Assembly: GCA_023430545.1 (NCBI GenBank)
Contig: JAEZAF010000199.1
Span: forward strand, 4,778 to 68,777
From: Chloroflexota bacterium
GTDB taxonomy: Bacteria; Chloroflexota; Anaerolineae; Aggregatilineales; Phototrophicaceae
Reading direction: 5' to 3'
DNA length: 64,000 nt
The position numbers and the translations under genes were made by a program. Under the pieces are notes generated by a model. The model saw only the letters and a list, made by a program, of their open reading frames with translations. It searched no databases and was not told where the DNA came from. How positions within the stretch are numbered: position 1 is the first letter of the stretch; every line of letters begins with the position of its first letter. Below are positions 47,550-57,112 of this stretch, piece after piece.

Positions 47550-48968
47550 CTAAACTTCGGGGACGGCCTCCAGGGCGAGATCATGCAGGAGGACCACCGC
47601 ACGCTGTAATTCGGCCTGATCGATCACGAACGAGATGCTGCACTCGCTGGAACCCTGCGCAATCGCAAGCACGTTAACCTCTTCCCGGCCCAGTGCGGTG
47701 AATACGCGTCCAGCCACACCGGGTGTCCCACGCATGCCGGAACCCACCACCGTGACGATCACCACTTCGTCAGAAACTTCGATATTCTCGATGTTCTGGT
47801 TTGCGATCTCAGTAGAAAACTCCTGCGTGATCATATCACGAGCATCCAACGCCTTTTCATCGGTCACCACAAAGCACATACTCTGCTCCGATGACGACTG
47901 CGAGATCATGAGGATGTTGGCCCCAGCCTGCGCGGCGGAAAGGAAGGCACGTCCGGCAATTCCCGGAACGCCTATCATACCGCGCCCGGAAATCGTCACC
48001 ATGCTGACATTCTTCACGCTCGTCACGGCTTTAATCACCGAAAGACTCGGCTGCGGAGTCGGCCCAATCAGCGTGCCGGGATGATCAGGGTTAAACGTAT
48101 TGCGTACATAAAGCGGAATGCCACGATTCATCAGCGGCTGCACGGTTTTGGGATGCAGCACCTTCGCCCCATAATACGCCAGCTCACCCACTTCCTGATA
48201 CGAGACATAAGGCAGCACGCGTGCGCGTTTGTCCACGCGTGGATCGGTCGTCATCACACCATCGACATCCGTCCAGATAATCAGCTCATCGCTGTCACTG
48301 TACGCGGCGAAGATCGCCCCGCTGAAATCGCCACCACCGCGGCCAAGTGTGGTCAGCACCCCCGCTTTGGTCGAGCCGATAAAGCCCGTCACCACCGGGA
48401 CAATGCCACCCTCAATCAGCGGGAAAATCGTACTGCGGATATTCGGCTCCGTCAGTTCCCAGATCGGCGCGGCATTCTGATGGTTATCATCCGTTACCAC
48501 AACTTCGCTCGCATCAATCGGTCGGGCATCGACTCCCTGATCCTGAAGAGCCATCGCCACCAGACGTGCGCTCATCTTCTCGCCGAAAGCCGTCACCGCG
48601 TCCCGGATGCGCGGAGTCGCCTCACCCAATACATTGATCGCCTGACAGAGTTCAATGTATTCGTCGATCAGCTTGCCAATGTTGCGCGAAATCTTGTCCC
48701 GATTCGGCCCGGCGGACACCAGTTGATTGATCGCTTCCTGATGTTTGTCCCGCAGTTTCTCGGCAACCGAGAGATAACCCCAGCGATCTCCCTCCCGCGC
48801 CAGTTGAATCGAAGACAGCAGGGTATCGGTGACGCCGGACATGGCAGAAACGGTGAGGATCACCCGATTACCCTGTTCCAGTTCGCGCTGGGTGATATAA
48901 ATCACATTCCTGATCGCTTCGACACTGCCAACCGACGTGCCCCCAAACTTCATTGTGATCGTCTTCAT
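47550..48968 (-). CDS. Aspartate kinase (with tandem ACT domains)
   Basis: KFGGTSVG N-terminal motif, amino-acid kinase fold and two C-terminal ACT repeats. Confidence 0.9.
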   Translation of the reverse strand: MKTITMKFGGTSVGSVEAIRNVIYITQRELEQGNRVILTVSAMSGVTDTLLSSIQLAREGDRWGYLSVAEKLRDKHQEAINQLVSAGPNRDKISRNIGKLIDEYIELCQAINVLGEATPRIRDAVTAFGEKMSARLVAMALQDQGVDARPIDASEVVVTDDNHQNAAPIWELTEPNIRSTIFPLIEGGIVPVVTGFIGSTKAGVLTTLGRGGGDFSGAIFAAYSDSDELIIWTDVDGVMTTDPRVDKRARVLPYVSYQEVGELAYYGAKVLHPKTVQPLMNRGIPLYVRNTFNPDHPGTLIGPTPQPSLSVIKAVTSVKNVSMVTISGRGMIGVPGIAGRAFLSAAQAGANILMISQSSSEQSMCFVVTDEKALDARDMITQEFSTEIANQNIENIEVSDEVVIVTVVGSGMRGTPGVAGRVFTALGREEVNVLAIAQGSSECSISFVIDQAELQRAVVLLHDLALEAVPEV

Positions 48969-49041
48969 GGAACCGACTTTCCTTCTACCTACGCCCTATA
49001 TGGCTTCACGGTCCTGTGATCAGGACAGGATACGTAATACG

Positions 49042-49944
49042 TTATTTCACCACACCGATACGCCGGAGATCATAAAGGATAACCTTCTCCCACAGCACAT
49101 CGGTGACCAGTGGTACATAATGGACTCCCCGCCGCGTACATTCGCTGCGGATATCATCGCGCCATGCTTCGACCCGACGTATATAGAGATCACGCATGGT
49201 CGCATCCACACTGACTTCCTGCGCGATCCCTGTTTCAATATCAATCAGCCGCAGGTCACCCGCCAGCGGCGGGGTGACTTCATCCGGGGCCAGCACATGG
49301 ATCAGGACCACTTCGCAGCCCTTCCCCACCAGCGCGTTCACCCCTTCCAGATAACCGGTTGGGGAAAACATATCACTGATGATGAAGCACAACCCCGGTC
49401 GGGTGGCGCGCAGTGCATAATCCTTCAGCATCTGGTTGAGATCGGTCACGCCCTGCGGCTTCACGCCATGCGCATACTTCAGCATCTGCACACTGCGTGC
49501 CTGACCGCGTACCGGGCCGAATGTCTCAGCCTTTCCGTTTTCAAACGCGCACATCATCAGGCGGTCATTGGTCGAAAGTGCGATATAGCCCAACCCAGCG
49601 AATAACCGCTTCGCAAACAGCAGCTTGTGATGATCCGGGTCCAGCTCCGCCCCCCAGTTCATACTGGCTGAGGCATCCAGAATGACATGTACCGCCAGAT
49701 CCTCTTCGTCTTCCAGTAATTTCACATACGGACGGTCGAGGCGAGCATACAGATTCCAGTCCATCCGGCGCAGGTCATCGCCAGCCGTGTAATTGCGATA
49801 ATCCGCAAATTCGATACTCGTCCCCCGTTTGATTGACCGGCGTTCGCCTTTGATCGCCCCGGCGCGGATGCGTGTAGCCACCAGCATCAACTGATCGAAC
49901 TTGCGCCGAACCTGTTCATCCAGCAGGATGGCTTCATCTGCCAT
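49042..49944 (-). CDS. DUF58 domain protein (MoxR-associated vWA-like family)
   Basis: SIEFADYRNYTAGDDLRRMDWNLYARLDRPYVKL is the DUF58 signature, followed by a vWA-like DASASM segment. Confidence 0.8.
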   Translation of the reverse strand: MADEAILLDEQVRRKFDQLMLVATRIRAGAIKGERRSIKRGTSIEFADYRNYTAGDDLRRMDWNLYARLDRPYVKLLEDEEDLAVHVILDASASMNWGAELDPDHHKLLFAKRLFAGLGYIALSTNDRLMMCAFENGKAETFGPVRGQARSVQMLKYAHGVKPQGVTDLNQMLKDYALRATRPGLCFIISDMFSPTGYLEGVNALVGKGCEVVLIHVLAPDEVTPPLAGDLRLIDIETGIAQEVSVDATMRDLYIRRVEAWRDDIRSECTRRGVHYVPLVTDVLWEKVILYDLRRIGVVK

Positions 49945-49961
49945 GTGTCATGACCTTCAAC

Positions 49962-49990
49962 TGACTTGGTTTTTCGATATTCTGTATAGT
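49962..49990 (+). promoter_or_regulatory. Candidate nadC promoter (TGACTT-17-TATAGT, TG-extended)
   Basis: TGACTT 49962-49967, then TG and TATAGT 49985-49990. This would give a 180-210 nt leader before nadC. Confidence 0.35.
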
Positions 49991-50174
49991 CTCTGACCCG
50001 AAAGTGCGGTTAAATGAAGAAGGTATCCGTTCCATTCGAGGCAGCGTAACAGCCACGACGACACTCAATAGAACCGGGGTACCTTCTAAAACACTTCTTA
50101 CACAAGTACGCTAAAATGATAGCGGAATGTTACACGGAAATGCTGTATTTCTCCAAGTTTGATCATCACTGATA

Positions 50175-51107
50175 TTGCCTGATATTCATACACGATCGGA
50201 CGAATTCGTGCTCATTGATGAAAACCTACGCACCCTGATAAAGCTTGCACTCAGCGAAGATCTGGGTGAACACGGTGATGTGACTTCACTGGCAACCCTC
50301 TCCGCCGATAGTCAGATTATCGGACGCATCACCGCCAAGGCCGCCGGTGTGATCGCCGGACTGCCCATTGTAGACGAAGTGTACCGGATACTTGAATCCG
50401 ACCGGATGCTTGAATCCGACCGGATGCTTTCACCGGCAGTCACGGTCAGGCACTTTATCAGCGACGGTGATGCGGTTGAGGTGGGGACCGTCGTCTGTGA
50501 AGTGACCGGCCCAGCACGTGATGTACTGGCTGGTGAGCGTGTGTCGCTCAACTTTCTACAGCGCCTCAGCGGGATCGCCACACTGACATCGCATTTTGTC
50601 GAGGCGGTCAGTGCCGCAGGGGGCAAAAGCCGTATTTTGGATACCCGTAAGACAACGCCTGGTTATCGTCTGCTTGAGAAATACGCAGTCAGAATGGGCG
50701 GTGGAGAAAATCATCGCACTGGTTTGTTCGATATGGTGTTAATTAAAGATAACCATATTGATGCAGCCGGTGGAGTGAAAGAGGCAATCACAGGGGCACT
50801 GGACTATACACAGCAGCAGCCCCTGCCGATTGTCGTCGAGGTTAAAAATGAGAGCGAGCTGCGAACGGCGTTAGAATTCCCGATCTCACGCGTTCTATTA
50901 GATAACATGACTCTGGACGAAATGCGGAATGCGGTTGCAATCACCGAGGGGCGCGTTCCGCTGGAAGCATCTGGCAATATGACATTAGACCGGGTTGGCG
51001 CGGTGGCCGCAACCGGTGTGGATTACATCAGCGTCGGCGCACTCACCCATTCAGCCCCGGCACTCGATTTATCGATGCGCCTCTCTAAAGCGCAGGTCAG
51101 TTCATAA
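50175..51107 (+). CDS. nadC: Nicotinate-nucleotide diphosphorylase (quinolinate phosphoribosyltransferase)
   Basis: The LSEDLGEHGDVTS N-terminal motif, TRKTTPGYR and the C-terminal barrel pattern support the call. The start is uncertain (TTG 50175 or GTG 50208). It contains an in-frame tandem duplication. Confidence 0.85.
   Translation: MPDIHTRSDEFVLIDENLRTLIKLALSEDLGEHGDVTSLATLSADSQIIGRITAKAAGVIAGLPIVDEVYRILESDRMLESDRMLSPAVTVRHFISDGDAVEVGTVVCEVTGPARDVLAGERVSLNFLQRLSGIATLTSHFVEAVSAAGGKSRILDTRKTTPGYRLLEKYAVRMGGGENHRTGLFDMVLIKDNHIDAAGGVKEAITGALDYTQQQPLPIVVEVKNESELRTALEFPISRVLLDNMTLDEMRNAVAITEGRVPLEASGNMTLDRVGAVAATGVDYISVGALTHSAPALDLSMRLSKAQVSS
50391..50426 (+). repeat. In-frame 2 x 18-bp perfect tandem duplication inside nadC (LESDRM LESDRM)
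   Basis: CTTGAATCCGACCGGATG occurs at 50391-50408 and again at 50409-50426. Partial unit-like sequence flanks both sides. Confidence 0.95.
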
Positions 51108-51123
51108 GGTTTTGAGGGACACC

Positions 51124-52260
51124 ATGGAAACCATGATCGAAAGTGACAATATCGCCATCAACGGCGTGCACAGTGACGCAAAGCGTGCGACACTCATCGA
51201 ACAGGAAGCTGAGGCCATCGAACGTATCAAGCTTATCCGCCCGCTGCTCGGTGATGATGTCGTAATTCTGGGTCATCATTATCAGCGTGACGAAGTCGTG
51301 CAGTTTGCAGACTTCCTCGGCGATAGTTATCAGCTCAGCAAGGAAGGTGCACAGGTCAAGGCAAAATATATTGTCTTCGCCGGGGTACACTTTATGGCCG
51401 AAAGCGCCGACATCCTCGGACGTGAAGATCAGGTTGTGATCCTGCCCAATATGAAGGCCGGATGCAGCATGGCGGACATGGCCAATCTGGAACAGGTACT
51501 GACCGCATGGGCAGAGCTGGAAGACATCTTCGGCACCGATCCGGAAGACGTGATCATGCCGATCACTTACATGAACAGCGCGGCTAACCTGAAAGCGTTT
51601 GTTGGAGAGCATGGCGGCACGGTCTGTACTTCATCCAATGCGGAAGGTGCGCTCAACTGGGCATTTGAACGACGCGAGAAAGTCTTCTTCTTCCCGGACC
51701 AGCACCTCGGACGCAACACCGGTAAAACGATGGACATCCCGCTGGAACAGATGGTACTGTGGAATCCCTTCAAGCCCTTTGGTGGCCTGACTGTCGAGCA
51801 GATCCGCAATGCGCGTATCATCCTCTGGCAGGGGCATTGCAGCGTTCACCAGCAGTTCCGGCCAGAACATATCGACCTGTGGCGCAATATGCACCCGGAC
51901 ATCAACATTCTGGTCCATCCTGAGTGCATGATGGAAGTCGTCGATAAGGCCGACTATGTGGGTTCGACCTCCTACATCATTAAGACCGTCGAGAATGCAC
52001 CGGCTGGCAGCAAATGGGCGATCGGCACCGAGATGCACATGGTCAACCGTCTGAAGGATGCACAGCCAGACAAGTTCGTCACCCTGCTCTCACCGTTCGC
52101 CTGCCTGTGCAGCACGATGTATCGCATCAGCCCGATTGATCTCGCCAACGTGCTGGAAAATCTGCTGGAGGGCCGCGTAATCAATCAGATCGAAGTACCG
52201 CAGAAGGTACGGGAAAACGCGAAACTCGCGCTGGATCGGATGTTAAGCATCCCGCGATAA
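51124..52260 (+). CDS. nadA: Quinolinate synthase
   Basis: The ILGHHYQRDEVVQFADFLGDS, GVHFMAESA and HPEC patterns are typical of NadA. ATG 51124 is preceded by GAGGGA; the track start 50995 overlaps nadC. Confidence 0.9.
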   Translation: METMIESDNIAINGVHSDAKRATLIEQEAEAIERIKLIRPLLGDDVVILGHHYQRDEVVQFADFLGDSYQLSKEGAQVKAKYIVFAGVHFMAESADILGREDQVVILPNMKAGCSMADMANLEQVLTAWAELEDIFGTDPEDVIMPITYMNSAANLKAFVGEHGGTVCTSSNAEGALNWAFERREKVFFFPDQHLGRNTGKTMDIPLEQMVLWNPFKPFGGLTVEQIRNARIILWQGHCSVHQQFRPEHIDLWRNMHPDINILVHPECMMEVVDKADYVGSTSYIIKTVENAPAGSKWAIGTEMHMVNRLKDAQPDKFVTLLSPFACLCSTMYRISPIDLANVLENLLEGRVINQIEVPQKVRENAKLALDRMLSIPR

Positions 52261-52309
52261 CCGCAAAAGCGGACGCTGTCAGTCCAGCCGCACATCACAC
52301 CGGATCACC

Positions 52310-52340
52310 GAAGGGCGGTTTTAAAATCGCCCTTCTTTCG
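52310..52340 (+). terminator. Intrinsic terminator after nadA
   Basis: 8-bp stem GAAGGGCG / CGCCCTTC, 10-nt loop, then a short T-run. Confidence 0.6.
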
Positions 52341-52427
52341 TATATAGTTGATGCTTAAAACGTCGATGGCAAAAACATTTATCAAGAGCTCTTTTATTTT
52401 TTTCATACAGATTGAGCCTCAGACAAT

Positions 52428-54029
52428 ATGAATGACATCCAGACAGATACGCTCATCATCGGCTGTGGTATCGCAGGTGCGTCAGCAGCACTCAAGCTCA
52501 GTGATGACCCGAATTATCATGTGACAATCATCACACGTTCCTCTGATCCCAACAGCAGCAATACCGGATGGGCACAAGGGGGCATCGTCACTCGCGGCCT
52601 ACAGGACTCACCAGACCTGCTGGTCGAGGACATCCTGCGTGCTGGTGCAGGCCTGAGTTCACCGCAAGCAGCACGTATCCTTGCTGAAGAAGGACCGCGC
52701 CTCGTTCAGGAAGTCCTGATCGACCGCTGCGGTGTCCATTTTGACCGTAATGAAGACGATGAACTGATCTTTGGCCTTGAAGCTGCCCACAGCACGCGCC
52801 GCATCATCCATGTCGGCGATGCTACAGGTGACGCCATCGAGCGTAACCTGCTCTCGACTCTGGCGACACGCCCCAATGTGACGCTGCTGCCGCATCACAC
52901 CGCTGTTGACCTGATCACCTTCCCGCATCACTCACTTGACCCATTGGATGTCTATGAACCCATGACCTGTCAGGGGGCTTACGTCTTTGACCGCGATCAG
53001 GGGGAGATCAACCGCGTCATCGCTGGGCAAACCATTCTGGCAACCGGTGGACTGGGGCAGATTTACCGCAATACCACCAACCCTCGCGGCTCTCGCGGGG
53101 ACGGCCTTGCGATGGCATGGCGTGCCAATGTCCGCGTGATCAATGCGGAGTACGTCCAGTTCCACCCAACGGCGATGAGCATCCGGGGCGCACCGAACCT
53201 GCTGATCTCCGAAGCGGTGCGCGGTGAAGGCGCGGTCCTGCTGACGCCTGAAGGTGAACCGTTCATGGCGAAATATGCTCCAGAGTGGAAGGAACTGGCC
53301 CCGCGTGATGTGGTCGCCCGTGCTATTCACATGGAGATGCTGGAAAATGGTTACGAGCACGTCTATCTCGATATCGCCAGCAAACACCCCGCAGCATTCA
53401 TCCGCGAACGCTTCCCGGTGCTGGTTGCGAATTGTTCACGCTACGGTGTGGACCCTACCACCCAGCCGATTCCCGTGGTCCCGGCGGCACATTACTTCTG
53501 CGGTGGTGTGCTGGTTGATGACTGGGCGCGTACCAATTTCGAGGGCCTGTTTGCGGTGGGTGAAGTAAGCTGCACCGGCCTGCACGGAGCTAATCGTCTG
53601 GCCTCTACCAGTCTCCTGGAAGGACTTGTCTGGGGGGATCGGGCCGCACGTTACATCATGCAAAACCGACGCAAGCCCACAAGCATCGACCGCATCCCAC
53701 CGTGGATTCACGCTGGTGACGGTGAGCCGGACCCGGCCCTGCTTGAAGGGGATATGTCAACGATTCGCAACATCATGTGGCATTATGTTGGCCTCGTCCG
53801 GTCGGAAAAGCGCCTTGATCGTGCGGACCGTGAACTGCGCCATCTCTTCCACGAAATCGAAGAATTCTACCGCCAGAACCGGCTCAACGATGGTCTGATT
53901 GGCCTGCGCAACGCGATTCAGGCCGCCCGTATCGTGACCTTTTCCGCCCGACGCAACCGCATCAGCCGTGGCACCCACTATCGCACCGATGCGCCCATCG
54001 AAATACCGGTCGGCGTGATGGTGCGATGA
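52428..54029 (+). CDS. nadB: L-aspartate oxidase
   Basis: FAD motif LIIGCGIAGASAA and a succinate dehydrogenase/fumarate reductase-type flavoprotein pattern (HPTA, GLHGANRLASTSLLEG). Confidence 0.9.
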   Translation: MNDIQTDTLIIGCGIAGASAALKLSDDPNYHVTIITRSSDPNSSNTGWAQGGIVTRGLQDSPDLLVEDILRAGAGLSSPQAARILAEEGPRLVQEVLIDRCGVHFDRNEDDELIFGLEAAHSTRRIIHVGDATGDAIERNLLSTLATRPNVTLLPHHTAVDLITFPHHSLDPLDVYEPMTCQGAYVFDRDQGEINRVIAGQTILATGGLGQIYRNTTNPRGSRGDGLAMAWRANVRVINAEYVQFHPTAMSIRGAPNLLISEAVRGEGAVLLTPEGEPFMAKYAPEWKELAPRDVVARAIHMEMLENGYEHVYLDIASKHPAAFIRERFPVLVANCSRYGVDPTTQPIPVVPAAHYFCGGVLVDDWARTNFEGLFAVGEVSCTGLHGANRLASTSLLEGLVWGDRAARYIMQNRRKPTSIDRIPPWIHAGDGEPDPALLEGDMSTIRNIMWHYVGLVRSEKRLDRADRELRHLFHEIEEFYRQNRLNDGLIGLRNAIQAARIVTFSARRNRISRGTHYRTDAPIEIPVGVMVR

Positions 54030-54070
54030 CCACCGCTAACTCCCATTCACTGAAATGTAAGGAGACGATT

Positions 54071-55240
54071 ATGTCTGACTTTGTCTATCTGGATCATAGT
54101 GCAACCACCCCTACCGATCCACGGGTGGTTGAAGCCATGCAGCCCTACTGGACGACTCTGTTCGGCAATGCATCCAGCCTGCATACCGCTGGCAAGACCG
54201 CTGCCGATGCTCTGAATGCAGCACGGCAGGAAGTCGCTGACATCCTCAACTGTGATGCCGCTGAAGTGATTTTCACCAGCGGCGGCACTGAGAGCGATAA
54301 CCTCGCGATCAAGGGTGTGCTTGAAGCGGTCAAGGCACGCGGTGGCGGCAGCCATTTCGTGACGAGTGCTGCTGAACATCACGCCGTGCTGGATGTGGCG
54401 AAGGATCTGCACGAGCGCGGCATTGCCGATGTTACGTTTGTACCAGTCGATGAGTACGGTCAGGTATCCGTGCAGGCAGTTCTCGACGCCATCCGCCCGG
54501 ATACTGTACTGGTCAGCCTAATTTACGCCAACAATGAAGTCGGTACTATCAACCCGATTGCTGAAATCGGTGCTGAACTGAAAAAACGGCGCATCCGCTT
54601 TCATGTGGATGCAGTTCAGGCTCCCGGCCTGCTGCCACTGGATGTTAAAGCGCTGAACGTCGATATGCTCAGCCTGTCAGCGCATAAATTTTACGGTCCC
54701 AAGGGGATCGGTGTGCTGTATGCGCGGCGTGCCCTGCCTATCCATGCCGAGATCCTCGGCGGTGGTCAGCAGTTCCACCGCCGTTCCGGAACCGAGCCGA
54801 TTCCGTTGATTATGGGCCTCACCGCCGCCTTAAAGATTGCCGAGACCGAGCGTCAGGCTGTGGTCGCAAAACTCACACCGATGCGTGATGACCTCATCCG
54901 CCGCATTATGGAGATTATTCCGGAAGCACAGCTCACCGGCCACCCGACCGAGCGGCTTCCCGGGCATACCAGCTTTGCCATGCGCGGTCTCAACGGGGAC
55001 TCGATCCTGCTTGACCTCAATGAGATGGGGTTTGGGGCCAGCGGTGGCAGTGCCTGCACCACCGGCCAGCAGGAACCCAGCCACGTGCTGATCGCAATGG
55101 GCATTGAAACTGATCGCCTGATTGGGCAGGTCCGCTTTGTGCTTGGCAAAAACAACACCCCTCAGGAAATCGACAACTTCCTGTATCAGCTCAGCGCGAT
55201 TGTCCAGCGTCACCGTGCGATGGTTCCGAATGCATACTGA
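54071..55240 (+). CDS. Cysteine desulfurase (NifS/IscS class)
   Basis: PLP lysine context SAHKFYGPKG and active-site Cys context GSACTTG. ATG 54071 is preceded by AAGGAG. Confidence 0.9.
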   Translation: MSDFVYLDHSATTPTDPRVVEAMQPYWTTLFGNASSLHTAGKTAADALNAARQEVADILNCDAAEVIFTSGGTESDNLAIKGVLEAVKARGGGSHFVTSAAEHHAVLDVAKDLHERGIADVTFVPVDEYGQVSVQAVLDAIRPDTVLVSLIYANNEVGTINPIAEIGAELKKRRIRFHVDAVQAPGLLPLDVKALNVDMLSLSAHKFYGPKGIGVLYARRALPIHAEILGGGQQFHRRSGTEPIPLIMGLTAALKIAETERQAVVAKLTPMRDDLIRRIMEIIPEAQLTGHPTERLPGHTSFAMRGLNGDSILLDLNEMGFGASGGSACTTGQQEPSHVLIAMGIETDRLIGQVRFVLGKNNTPQEIDNFLYQLSAIVQRHRAMVPNAY

Positions 55241-55257
55241 TAGGCAGCTTTGCGAGT

Positions 55258-55295
55258 CAAAAAAGGCTGATCCTGAGAAAGGACCAGCCTTTTTG
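55258..55295. terminator. Bidirectional intrinsic terminator between the cysteine desulfurase gene and sppA
   Basis: A-run, 10-bp stem AGGCTGATCC / GGACCAGCCT (one mismatch), then a T5 run. Confidence 0.75.
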
Positions 55296-55323
55296 ATTCA
55301 ACCCTGTTGTGGTGGACCGCAGT

Positions 55324-57075
55324 CTATCGGATCTCGAACGGCATCAGCGCCTGTGCCGACCCGTTGAGTGTCTTGCGCACACCGGTGTACAGATAGCTCA
55401 GCCCGGCTAACGGCATCAGCGCACGTACTGCCTGTTGAATCATCTTCGGGGGCTGCTGTTTCTTCGGCTTTTCGCGGTAAATCCGCAGCGGGACGGAAGA
55501 CGGTAGCTGCGCCAGTTCGCGTGCCTTTTGCACTGCCGTGTCAAGATTGCCCAGCTCATCGACCAGACCGTTAGCAAGCGCCTGTTCACCCGTCCACACA
55601 CGACCGCTGCCGACCTGATCGACAGATTCAGCCGTCATGCCACGACTGGCCGCCACCCGCTCAACAAACTGGTCATAGATGCGCTCGATAACCCGGCGCA
55701 CCGAGCGGCGCTGCTCATCGGTAAACGGCGCAGTGTCGGAGAAGATCATGGCGTTACGTCCGCGCCAGAAGTTCAGCCGGTTGATATGCAGCCGCTGGAA
55801 CAGGCCCGGTGTCACCGACTTGCCATTGATTACGCCAATCGAACCGGTAATGGTCCCCGGTTGGGCGACGATATACTTGGCCGGTGTCGCGATATAGTAT
55901 CCACCGGATGCAGCGACCGCATTCATGTAGACGACCACAGGCCGAGTCTTCGCGAGCTGTTCCAGCGCGGAAGTCATCGCCTCGGATGCAGCCGCGGAAC
56001 CTCCCGGACTATCGATAAACAGCACGACGGCTGCGGCGTTCTCATCTTCGATCAACTGTCGCACCCGCTGCACGACCGTGGCATCGCCAAGCTGGGTTTC
56101 CCGCACCAGCGGCAGTGGTAACGGCATGGGTATCGGTGGCGGTTCCTGGCTTTCACCGGAGACGATCATACCAGTCAGTTCCAGCACTGCCACATACTTC
56201 GACTGCACTTTATGCCATTTATCAGCAAGCTGCATTCGTGCTTCGTCCCAGTACACCAGTTGCTCAACCTCCAGATGATCCGGGATCTGCTCTTCGTTCA
56301 GCAGTGCATCCACCCATCCACCTGCCGCTGCATCGTGATCGATGTAGGGGGCGTTATCGATCATGGACTGGATATCGGCTTCCGGACGCTGACGCCCTTC
56401 TGCAATCGCTCGGACGAGCTGACTGTAGCGCGAATCCAGCAGCCATTCGAGCTGCTGACGTCCCTCTTCTGAGATGTCACTGCGGCTGACCGCATCCAGC
56501 GCGCCTTTATAGGGTGAGATCGCTACCACATCGATGCTGACTCCTACCTGATCCAGCGCATCCTTCAGAAATACCGCCTGCTGGTTAAGGCCAATCGTCG
56601 CGACAATGCCACCTGGCTGCATCAGGATCTTATCGGCAGCCGATGCGATGTAATACATTGCAAGATCGTATTCCTGCGCATAACAGACTGCCTGCTTGCC
56701 GGATTTACGAAACAGCAGCAGACTGTCCCGCAGGGTCTGCAGGTCCGCCAGTGTCATCGCGAAACCGCGCAGCATCAGCAGAACACCTTTGACACGCGCA
56801 TCCCGCGCCACACGACGCAGTGCCCGGTCGAATTCAAGCAGGCTCATCGGCGGCTCACCAAACAGCCGCTGCTCGATAAAATTGCGCTCGGTTGGCAGCG
56901 GCGGCATGACCGGGTCCAGTTCGAAGACTACATAGTCGATCTCGAAACGCTCCCGCACCCGATTCGCCACCGTGGTTGCCGCCTCACCGATAATATTCAG
57001 GCTGGCTTCCATCAGCGGTGAGGGGCCTTTGTTCTGTTTTGTCTTTTTGCTCTGCTTACGATTGATCGTTGTCAT
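55324..57075 (-). CDS. sppA: Signal peptide peptidase SppA, 67K type (tandem S49 domains)
   Basis: Two ClpP/crotonase-like S49 repeats (GGSAAASE ... SGGYYIA). ATG 57075 has the best-spaced RBS (AAGGA); the longest ORF start is 57126. Confidence 0.85.
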   Translation of the reverse strand: MTTINRKQSKKTKQNKGPSPLMEASLNIIGEAATTVANRVRERFEIDYVVFELDPVMPPLPTERNFIEQRLFGEPPMSLLEFDRALRRVARDARVKGVLLMLRGFAMTLADLQTLRDSLLLFRKSGKQAVCYAQEYDLAMYYIASAADKILMQPGGIVATIGLNQQAVFLKDALDQVGVSIDVVAISPYKGALDAVSRSDISEEGRQQLEWLLDSRYSQLVRAIAEGRQRPEADIQSMIDNAPYIDHDAAAGGWVDALLNEEQIPDHLEVEQLVYWDEARMQLADKWHKVQSKYVAVLELTGMIVSGESQEPPPIPMPLPLPLVRETQLGDATVVQRVRQLIEDENAAAVVLFIDSPGGSAAASEAMTSALEQLAKTRPVVVYMNAVAASGGYYIATPAKYIVAQPGTITGSIGVINGKSVTPGLFQRLHINRLNFWRGRNAMIFSDTAPFTDEQRRSVRRVIERIYDQFVERVAASRGMTAESVDQVGSGRVWTGEQALANGLVDELGNLDTAVQKARELAQLPSSVPLRIYREKPKKQQPPKMIQQAVRALMPLAGLSYLYTGVRKTLNGSAQALMPFEIR

Positions 57076-57112
57076 GATCATCCTTTTGGGTCTGAGCGTC
57101 GGTTGATCGCTC

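Noticed and set aside
48969-49041. Possible lysine or threonine riboswitch or attenuator upstream of aspartate kinase
   Set aside because: Only 73 nt separate it from the DUF58 stop. One short hairpin (GTCCTG/CAGGAC) is present, which is far too small for an L-box.
49997-50174. Class I NAD+ riboswitch (nadA motif) upstream of the nad cluster
   Set aside because: I could not find the tandem-domain pattern or the conserved C-rich internal-loop words I associate with that motif. The region is kept only as an unclassified structured leader.
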